Shown piece after piece: positions 1 through 6,816 of a stretch of DNA of 10,513 bases (its first letter is position 1; every line of letters starts with the position of its first letter). The position numbers were made by a program, and so were the translations under genes. The DNA is from Thermoplasmatota archaeon (GTDB taxonomy: Archaea > Thermoplasmatota > Penumbrarchaeia > Penumbrarchaeales > Penumbrarchaeaceae). The stretch is taken from positions 1-10,513 of the forward strand of contig CBDDUX010000057.1 of NCBI GenBank assembly GCA_965234725.1, given 5' to 3'. The notes below the pieces were generated by a model that was not told the DNA's origin, made no database searches, and saw only the letters and a program-made list of their open reading frames with translations.

Positions 1-53
1 CATAAATAAAAGTTAACGACGGGCACATTTTTTATTTAACTGTCAAAGCTAGG
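1..53. mobile_element. Putative insertion-sequence terminus (left copy of the window-flanking inverted repeat); the element probably extends outward beyond the window
   Basis: 1-48 matches the reverse complement of 10464-10511 at 38/48 positions without gaps (hand count), with a perfect core AACTGTCAAAG (38-48). HEPN similarity is lost at this border. No transposase is in the window. IS1634-like family assignment is from memory and unverified. Confidence 0.6.
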
Positions 54-239
54 ATGTAATCCCTTGTGTGATTTGGTTCTGATATCCTTCATTAGCAATG
101 CAGCTCTTGCAATGCTGGACATGGCATAATATTATCGATTGACAGAATCCTCATAGAAATCTTCTTCAAGGAGTAATCTGGCTGCTTCAAGTCTCTCATA
201 AGCACTTTCGATCAGTCTGCTAGGCTCATCCGAGGACAT
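36..239 (-). pseudogene. HEPN domain protein (toxin partner of MNT), disrupted by an in-frame stop and 3' truncation
   Basis: Manual translation from ATG at 239: MSSDEPSRLIESAYERLEAARLLLEEDFYEDSVNR*YYAMSSIARAALLMKDIRTKSHKGLHPSFDS*. Matches the HEPN pattern (A..LL....Y..xVxRxYYAM...ARA.L......K.H.G). TAA at 132-134; final stop at 36-38 lies inside the terminal repeat. Start overlaps the MNT 3' end and follows GGAGG (246-250). Confidence 0.85.
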
Positions 240-549
240 GACCTTCCTCCACCACTGTTTTAAAAAATGAGATGTCTCCGAACTTAACGAGATGTTCTCT
301 CGGATAGACATGGACCGATATCATTTCACCCTCATCATAGGCAATGTCGTATGCAATATCAGAAGCGATGAACTGAAGACCCTTCTCATCCGATCTCGAT
401 ACTACAAGGATATCAATGTCGGATTCTTCACCATCATCCCCTCTTGCAACTGAACCATAGAGTATTACATCCTCTACCCTATCTCCCAACCTGGACCTTA
501 TCTCGCGGGAAAACCTTCTTGCGATCTCTATCCTTCCGATCCCGGTCAT
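226..549 (-). CDS. Minimal nucleotidyltransferase (MNT, MntA-like antitoxin), about 107 aa
   Basis: VILYGSVARGDDGEESDIDILVV is an exact GS-X10-DXD motif, and the C-terminus ends VVEEGHVL as typical for MNTs. The ORF track starts at 642, but ATG at 549 gives a typical MNT length, avoids overlap with the upstream gene and lies ~24 nt from a TATA box. Confidence 0.92.
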   Translation of the reverse strand: MTGIGRIEIARRFSREIRSRLGDRVEDVILYGSVARGDDGEESDIDILVVSRSDEKGLQFIASDIAYDIAYDEGEMISVHVYPREHLVKFGDISFFKTVVEEGHVLG

Positions 550-572
550 CGAATTATATATGCAGGTGTGAA

Positions 573-586
573 TATTTAAACATTTT
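573..586 (-). promoter_or_regulatory. Archaeal-type BRE/TATA promoter for the MNT-HEPN pair (probably leaderless transcript)
   Basis: Minus strand reads AAAATG-TTTAAATA, ending ~24 nt before ATG 549; no SD sequence in between. Confidence 0.6.
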
Positions 587-619
587 AAGGTTCGGATTCG
601 ATCTTCAATGATATTCTTA

Positions 620-3600
620 TCATTCCTCGAATCCGACACCATCTATTCTGTTTCTGGTAAGGAAATAGAAGAAAATGATCAAAACGATCAACAACGTTAC
701 CGTAATGGCAATGATCAGGATGTAATTCACAGGTTTTCCATTACCATTTTCGTCCTGAAGGATAACTTCCAGATAGGGATTGTCTTCATATGAGGCAGTG
801 TCAACGGTCACCATCTTGGTTTCATAACCGTTTTTACTGAACTGGATATTATGGATGCCTGGTTCGATCTCGAAGGAGAACATTCCATTTCCGTCCGTGG
901 TATCGATAACACGTCCCTTGATCTCTATTGAAACGTAATCGAGTTCTGATCCGGATGAATCCGTCACCTTTCCTGTTATCGTGACCATGAGAGTTCCCGA
1001 ATCGAGTGTGATCACACCAAGGTCCAGTTCCAAGCCAGGGTCAATGTCGAAAGAGGTGTTCCATGAATTATATCCGTCAGCGGAAACCTTGATGGAATGT
1101 GTTCCCCCGGAAAGGGATACCTGGAAACTGCCGTCCGTTCCGCATTCGATTCCGATCCCGTCGATGAGAATGATGGTGTTGGGAATGGGGTCATGGTCTA
1201 GGTCCAGAACTGTTCCCCGAACGCTGCCCCGGTTAGTTGTATTGAAAGACCAGGTGAATGGATCCATCTCGTTTCCGGCATTGTCACTACCTTCAACTGT
1301 GACAGTGTAGGACCGGTCCTTCCTGAGAGATGAATCTAATTGAAATTCAAGTGTTCTTCCAACTCCCTCGAATCCTCCCCTTATCCCATCAACATCCCAG
1401 GTGCAGATCTTCATATCCTCATCGAAATGGATGTAAAATGTTGGATGTAATGTTATATTTTCTCCCTTGGGACCGTAATCCACTACCGAGGGTGAGGTCC
1501 GATCGAAACTGATGTTTCTCCAAATCAATGCATGGTTTCCGGCTCCGTCGTATGCTTCAACGTATACGGTGAAGGTCCCTTCTTCTTCAGAGACAAACCT
1601 GTGACCCGAAATCGTATCGGATTCCTTCCAGAAACCGTCAGGTCCCTTGACGAGAACATGTGATATACCCGCATATGAATCATTCAAGATCCATGTCAGG
1701 TCCAGTCCCTGTTCTTTTGTCAGATCACTTGTAGTATTCCATTCCAGAACGGGAGGGGTTAAATCAATGTTGTATGTAACACTCTTCCGGGAGAAGGATC
1801 CCGCCTGATCGTGAATGTATACCGTGATAATCTGTTCCCCTTCGGACAGTTTCGTGAAATTATACTTCCCCTCGTAATTGACAACCGATCTGTTCTCGCC
1901 GTTTATCATGAATGTATAATGAACCTGATCTGAAACGTTGTCATATCCCGTTGCGATACATTCTATCCAGGTCTTATTAGTGAACGATCCCGGTTCGGGT
2001 TTGAGTGAAAGAAAGACGGGAGGATTGAGATCAATAGTGAAATTAGAGTCAGTTATCCCTTCATTCCCTGCTTTATCCTTACCCGTGATATACACAATAT
2101 GTTGTCCCTCTTCAAGACCGGTGAATGTGTATTGATCCTCTGTTGATACATCGACCCATTCGGATCCGTCCAATTTGATCTCAATCGATTCCATTTTTCC
2201 GATTATATCCTCGGCTGTCCATTTGACGGTGACGTTTTCCGTTGAAAGGACCGATCCGTTCCACGGTTCGTATATCTTGAGATAAGGTTCCCTGTCATCC
2301 ACGATTCCGATCACATACTCACATTTCGGAGTCTCACCGAATTCATTGAAGGATGTGATGGAATATTGGTATCTGATCTCGCTTGAGACATTGTAGTCCT
2401 GAAATGAGGTTTCCGTTGTAGTTCCGATTAGATCGAATTGTTCGGTTCCGTCCGGTCTTCTGTAAACATGATATCCCTCCGGCATCATGAGCGGGTGTTC
2501 CTTTCCGCCATCTTCCCATTCCATTTCGATGAACGGGTTCATCCCATCTACAGTAAGGTTAATGGGAATCTTCGAAACCACGGGAAACGGTGGAGATTCG
2601 AGAGGATACCTGTCTCTCTGATTACTCACTTCGATGAAATAATCCTCTTCATCGATTATCCCATCCATATTATCATCCTTGCCGTTCAGATCCCTCCAAT
2701 AGTTCCCCCTTCCTCCTTCTGAAAAGGAATTCCCTCCGCTATAATCGATAGCCTGGATCGTATCATTGTCAATTTCATCCATCGATCCTTGATTGTAGAG
2801 GAACACATTGTCAGAGATGGTGTTTGATTTCGAGTTCTGCATTTCAAGTCCATATTTCTTTGAGTTCTGTATCATATTTCCCTTGATGATCTGACCATCG
2901 GAATCCACCATTCTGATCCCGGATATAGTAGAGTTGAGAATTGTATTATTGGAAAGTACATTTCCCGCTTCGGTACTGTTGAAGAAGACTCCATATCCAA
3001 ATCCAGAGATTGTATTATTTGAAATTTGACTTTCACATGTCAATGCAGATAATAAAGTAATATCTACTCCAATACCATTTCCATCAGATAATATTGAATT
3101 ATTATAGACATAACTTGGATAATCTCCCCACCATTCAATTCGAACTCCTATTGAATTATTAATCAGTGTATTATTATATAAATGCGCATATTCATGAACT
3201 ATGATTCCAACATTTGAATTAATGATTTTATTATTGTTAACGTAACAGTTATCACATACAATTCCAGCATTTCTACTAATTACAATATTTTTTTGAATTA
3301 TTGGACAATCATCCACAATAATGCTGAGTCTATCACATCCGATTCCATATTGATAAGTATCAATATAATTATTCTCAATTTTACCAAATGTACAATCTTG
3401 AATATAGATTGCGCAGTCAAAGATTGAATGATGATCAAACCTATTAGATATTTGATTATTAATTATTAAACAACATTCAATCATTCTAATATACAATCCA
3501 CTTGATGATTTAAAAGTGTTGTTTTGTATTGAAGAGAATTCAATATCTATCTGGTATATTGAGTGTCCTGATTGATTAAAGAAGTAGTTATTATGAATAA

Positions 3601-4180
3601 TTGTATTATTAGTTTTTATAATACTTAAACCACCATTGCCATTGATGAATGAATTGTTATTGATATTGATATTATTTGCAAAATTGATTAATATTCCTGT
3701 CTTTTTTTGTTGAACATTTAATGTGCAATATGAGACATTTAGAGAATTGATCGTGTTTGCAACAATTGATCTATAAAGATTGTTAAAAGAACAATTTCCA
3801 ATTTCGATTTTCATACAATTATTTATTGATATGCCATAGTTAGAATTCTTGAACATACATGAATTAATGATGAAGTTATTTGAATTGTTTATGTAGAGAT
3901 TGGATGGTGAATAGGAACTGATAAAGGTGCAATTAATAATAACAACATTTTTAGTAATATTGATAAAGGAATGACTTCTGAAGATTCCCGAAATGACGTA
4001 TGGATTCATTTTTGTTCCATTTCCAGGCCAACCATAGTCTATTGCGCATTGTTCAAGGTCGGAATCGCCATCAATGGTAATTGAACTGGAAAAATCTTCC
4101 ATTTCTTCATTATTACTCTGAAATAAAATTGAAGAAGATAAGATATTTAATATTAAAAATATTTTTAAAAGACACCCCAT
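620..4180 (-). CDS. Large cell-surface protein: signal peptide, right-handed parallel beta-helix (NosD/CASH), FN3-like domain, Ig-like repeats, SbsA-type Ig domain, two carboxypeptidase-regulatory-like/PEGA domains, C-terminal TM anchor (1186 aa)
   Basis: N-cap ITIDGD...WPGNGT..NPYVISG; many I.NN.F/I turns; NosD C-cap GNYWRD...DGIID...DRYP; FN3-like W...GYHVYR...F.D.....Y.Y.I...N..G; repeated D.AGN...D.TPP motifs; hydrophobic ILIIAITVTLLIVLIIFFYFL followed by a short charged tail. Confidence 0.9.
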   Translation of the reverse strand: MGCLLKIFLILNILSSSILFQSNNEEMEDFSSSITIDGDSDLEQCAIDYGWPGNGTKMNPYVISGIFRSHSFINITKNVVIINCTFISSYSPSNLYINNSNNFIINSCMFKNSNYGISINNCMKIEIGNCSFNNLYRSIVANTINSLNVSYCTLNVQQKKTGILINFANNININNNSFINGNGGLSIIKTNNTIIHNNYFFNQSGHSIYQIDIEFSSIQNNTFKSSSGLYIRMIECCLIINNQISNRFDHHSIFDCAIYIQDCTFGKIENNYIDTYQYGIGCDRLSIIVDDCPIIQKNIVISRNAGIVCDNCYVNNNKIINSNVGIIVHEYAHLYNNTLINNSIGVRIEWWGDYPSYVYNNSILSDGNGIGVDITLLSALTCESQISNNTISGFGYGVFFNSTEAGNVLSNNTILNSTISGIRMVDSDGQIIKGNMIQNSKKYGLEMQNSKSNTISDNVFLYNQGSMDEIDNDTIQAIDYSGGNSFSEGGRGNYWRDLNGKDDNMDGIIDEEDYFIEVSNQRDRYPLESPPFPVVSKIPINLTVDGMNPFIEMEWEDGGKEHPLMMPEGYHVYRRPDGTEQFDLIGTTTETSFQDYNVSSEIRYQYSITSFNEFGETPKCEYVIGIVDDREPYLKIYEPWNGSVLSTENVTVKWTAEDIIGKMESIEIKLDGSEWVDVSTEDQYTFTGLEEGQHIVYITGKDKAGNEGITDSNFTIDLNPPVFLSLKPEPGSFTNKTWIECIATGYDNVSDQVHYTFMINGENRSVVNYEGKYNFTKLSEGEQIITVYIHDQAGSFSRKSVTYNIDLTPPVLEWNTTSDLTKEQGLDLTWILNDSYAGISHVLVKGPDGFWKESDTISGHRFVSEEEGTFTVYVEAYDGAGNHALIWRNISFDRTSPSVVDYGPKGENITLHPTFYIHFDEDMKICTWDVDGIRGGFEGVGRTLEFQLDSSLRKDRSYTVTVEGSDNAGNEMDPFTWSFNTTNRGSVRGTVLDLDHDPIPNTIILIDGIGIECGTDGSFQVSLSGGTHSIKVSADGYNSWNTSFDIDPGLELDLGVITLDSGTLMVTITGKVTDSSGSELDYVSIEIKGRVIDTTDGNGMFSFEIEPGIHNIQFSKNGYETKMVTVDTASYEDNPYLEVILQDENGNGKPVNYILIIAITVTLLIVLIIFFYFLTRNRIDGVGFEE

Positions 4181-4205
4181 GAAATCACATTCTTATCCGT
4201 TCTTG

Positions 4206-4218
4206 ATATAATTTTTGG
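4206..4218 (-). promoter_or_regulatory. Candidate BRE/TATA promoter for the 1186-aa gene
   Basis: Minus strand reads CCAAAAA-TTATAT, ending ~26 nt before ATG 4180. Confidence 0.4.
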
Positions 4219-4221
4219 TAT

Positions 4222-4256
4222 AAATAGAAATTAGGGTGGATAAAATCCACCCTAAT
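4222..4256 (-). terminator. Perfect hairpin with T-rich tail downstream of the 455-aa gene
   Basis: 12-bp stem ATTAGGGTGGAT (4230-4241), 3-nt loop, ATCCACCCTAAT (4245-4256). Followed on the minus strand by TTCTATTT, about 25 nt after the stop at 4281. Could alternatively be a protein-binding palindrome. Confidence 0.65.
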
Positions 4257-4280
4257 AAGAATTACTTTTTAGACATTTTC

Positions 4281-5648
4281 TTATATGTGCCATAGGCTAT
4301 AGTCATCAAGATCTGTTGTATATGATCCAGATAGAGATGAATATTTAAAATCAGTTTTGTTATAATCATCGTATCCTCTTAAATATATTGTAGGATTGCC
4401 TGACAAAGTAGTTCCTGTAATAGTACCAGTGGATTCATTGTTGCTTGAATCACAGATAGCATATATTCCGTATGTACAATCATTGATCTTTCCACCATAG
4501 ATCTTGATACTGGTACTGCCTTCAACCTTTATTGCAATGGATCGATCATAGAACTCACAACCATCAACGTCATAACCGGATGACCCTCCGGTACAAGTGA
4601 TGAAGTGGATGGCAGTATATCCTTCTCCGAAATCACACTGTCCGATGTAAGGGTCGTCACAATTGGTCATCCTGATGGCACAGTATGAATTCCAGGTGAA
4701 GTATGACCAGGTTACATCAGCGTCATCACAGTTTTCCATTTTGATTCCATCTCCTCCATTGTATACGATCTCACATTCGTCAATCAATGCATAATCTGAA
4801 TCATACAGGTTGATTCCCTCATCCGTGTTATTGTGGATAAAGCAATCATCAATTACCGAGTTCAGATCTCCATCAATATCGATTCCATCATCTCCGTTCA
4901 TAAAGATATATGTGTCATCCGTACCGGAATCGTCTCCCGTGATTGCATTCGTATCTCCAAAGATATTGATGCCATCATTGGTATTGCTAAAAATATTGCA
5001 ACCATAAACGGTATTGTAATCTCCGATTATTTCGATGCCATGATTTCCATTATCATGGATGGAGCTGAGTTCAATTTGATGATATCCAGTATCCTCTTCT
5101 GCATAGATGAGAATACCATCATCGGAATTTTCATGTATGTTACAATCCGTCACCTTATGCCATGCTGTATTCCAAGCAGGATACCCAAATTGAACTCCAT
5201 TAACACAATACTGAATAATGCAATTTTCAACAATCACTTCCTGTCCTTCTTCACCTCCAGTAGTTGTTGAATAGACACCATCAACATATGATTGATTCTG
5301 TCCATGTATTATAAAATTTTTAATTGTCACTCCGGGAACTGTTACAGTAAATATTGGACTTTGTGTTTGAGGAGTGATTAATGCCATCCCCCCCGTTGCT
5401 TCTATTGTTACATCAACATTAACAATAACATTTTCACTGTAACTTTGTCCAGCATTTACATAGATCGTATCACCTGAACTGGAAGCCGCGAGAGCCTGTG
5501 TGATTGTCGCATAGTTGGGAACTCCGCCACCTCCGACGTACCTGGTCGTTGCGGCAGACACCTGATCCATGCTATTCACGATCACAATTGTCGAGAGTGC
5601 GATTAACAATCCCAAGACAATCGGTTTCCATTTGTTTTTAATGTTCAT
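4281..5648 (-). CDS. Secreted right-handed parallel beta-helix (pectin lyase-like/NosD) protein, 455 aa, acidic, no C-terminal anchor
   Basis: Signal peptide ending QVSA; N-cap YVGGGG..NYATITQAL..SSSGDTIYV.AG.SY.ENV; regular turns IHENSDDGILI, IHDNGNHGIEI, IFSNTNDGINI, IFMNGDDGIDI, IHNNTDEGINL, IVYNGGDGIKM. ATG 5648 is preferred over GTG 5657 because that GTG is part of the SD GAGGTGA (5654-5660). Confidence 0.9.
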   Translation of the reverse strand: MNIKNKWKPIVLGLLIALSTIVIVNSMDQVSAATTRYVGGGGVPNYATITQALAASSSGDTIYVNAGQSYSENVIVNVDVTIEATGGMALITPQTQSPIFTVTVPGVTIKNFIIHGQNQSYVDGVYSTTTGGEEGQEVIVENCIIQYCVNGVQFGYPAWNTAWHKVTDCNIHENSDDGILIYAEEDTGYHQIELSSIHDNGNHGIEIIGDYNTVYGCNIFSNTNDGINIFGDTNAITGDDSGTDDTYIFMNGDDGIDIDGDLNSVIDDCFIHNNTDEGINLYDSDYALIDECEIVYNGGDGIKMENCDDADVTWSYFTWNSYCAIRMTNCDDPYIGQCDFGEGYTAIHFITCTGGSSGYDVDGCEFYDRSIAIKVEGSTSIKIYGGKINDCTYGIYAICDSSNNESTGTITGTTLSGNPTIYLRGYDDYNKTDFKYSSLSGSYTTDLDDYSLWHI

Positions 5649-5665
5649 ATCTTTCACCTCTCTTA

Positions 5666-6385
5666 TTATTGATAAAGGACAGGATCCTGTCCGGTACCCA
5701 TCAATAGATAATTCTCTCTCCAGAAGGCTTCTATGAAATCCACGACTTCATCGTTATTAGTGTCAGAAGCAGGATCTTCAAGACTTCTGGTGATGTTGAA
5801 GAGGTCAGGATCGTATTCCTGATCATATTCCATCGAACAGATGATGTCTCTTGAGGATTCCTGAAGATCGATGCCTGCCAATCCTGATTTTTCACCATTT
5901 ATGATCACTGTTGTATGTACGCAATCGATCTCATCGATCCACGAATCGATCGTGCTTGTCGATATATCTCCATCGTTGAATGTGAAATATGTTTCATTGA
6001 AGACCCTTTTCGCATGATCCGATATGTAGATTATAACCTCATCAGATGATTGGCAGTTATTCTCCAGCCATTGGAAGGAATCCTGAATGTTGGTGATATT
6101 TGCAGAACCCTGGGATTCCGAATCCAATATTGTCGTCAGGTATCTGATGTCATCTCGATCCAGTGTTTCATTGACGTAATCGAAAAATGATGAGGCTTTT
6201 TCCAGTTCACTTGTTGAATATCCGCCGTTTCCGGAGACGATGATCAGACAGACGCTTTCGGATGTGATTTCAGCCGTTACTGTGTTTGAAATCAGAACGG
6301 CAACCACCAGAATCATAATTGTGATTACGGATGGCGTAATAACACTCGATGTTTTTCTGAAAAGATTTTCCTCTTCTTCTTTCAT
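5666..6385 (-). CDS. Secreted or membrane-tethered caspase-fold (clan CD, peptidase C13/C14-like) protein, probably catalytically inactive
   Basis: N-terminal hydrophobic segment; A...NIQDSFQWL......DEVIIYISDHA (His motif); VIINGEKSG at the D-A-C-x-S-G position; SD.NNDEVVDF.EAF and terminal GQDPVLY resemble caspase-family C-termini. TTG at 6388 is an alternative start. Confidence 0.72.
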   Translation of the reverse strand: MKEEEENLFRKTSSVITPSVITIMILVVAVLISNTVTAEITSESVCLIIVSGNGGYSTSELEKASSFFDYVNETLDRDDIRYLTTILDSESQGSANITNIQDSFQWLENNCQSSDEVIIYISDHAKRVFNETYFTFNDGDISTSTIDSWIDEIDCVHTTVIINGEKSGLAGIDLQESSRDIICSMEYDQEYDPDLFNITRSLEDPASDTNNDEVVDFIEAFWRENYLLMGTGQDPVLYQ

Positions 6386-6452
6386 CAATTGATATCAGGA
6401 AATGAATGAGTATATTAGGATTAGCCGGGTTTGGGATTTGGAGGGGGGGGTC

Positions 6453-6466
6453 TTTTAAATATTCTT
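6453..6466 (-). promoter_or_regulatory. Candidate BRE/TATA promoter for the caspase-like/beta-helix pair
   Basis: Minus strand reads AAGAATATTTAAAA about 68 nt upstream of ATG 6385, followed closely by a C8 tract. Confidence 0.35.
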
Positions 6467-6543
6467 GCGTACGGGAGGATACCCGTTTTCGATCAAGCAC
6501 CTGTTGAAGCACGACAACATCTCATCTTTCTTCTTCTGGTAGA

Positions 6544-6816
6544 TCATCGAAAATCCCCGAGTGATCCTGAATGAATCAATAACTTCATCCTCTGATGGAT
6601 GACAGTAACGATCTCGATCCGGTCCTTGGAGATCTTGTAAATGATCCGGTAACTACTGAAAAATATCTCTCTCAGTTTCTTATTGTCCATTTCAGGTACA
6701 ATTCTACCGATCTCCGGAAACTCAGGTAATGAATCGACTTTTTCCATCAATTCCGAGATAAATACCGATGCATAGGTTTCAGCATCAGTTGAAATGTAAT
6801 CATGGATCGTTTTCAT
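6544..6816 (-). pseudogene. RelE/ParE family toxin, 5'-truncated, with no adjacent antitoxin
   Basis: IHDYISTD...YA..F...L.EKVDSL.EFPEIGRIVPE.....LREI....YRIIY.I....IEIVTVIH is the RelE/ParE signature. The usual first strand and start of helix 1 (about 13 aa, V.W...A..DL) are missing: a TAA lies directly before the ATG, which overlaps the upstream gene's 3' end. Confidence 0.75.

Noticed and set aside
132..134. TAA recoding or read-through rescuing the HEPN gene
   Set aside because: TAA terminates the 455-aa and caspase-like genes normally, and the HEPN gene is also 3'-truncated.
550..642. 31-aa N-terminal extension of the MNT ORF as given in the track
   Set aside because: It overlaps the upstream gene, contains the TATA box and has no MNT-like character; ATG 549 fits better.
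4161..4178. Resemblance of TTTAAAAGACACCCC to the reverse complement of 6445-6459
   Set aside because: Short, low-complexity and inside a coding sequence; likely chance.
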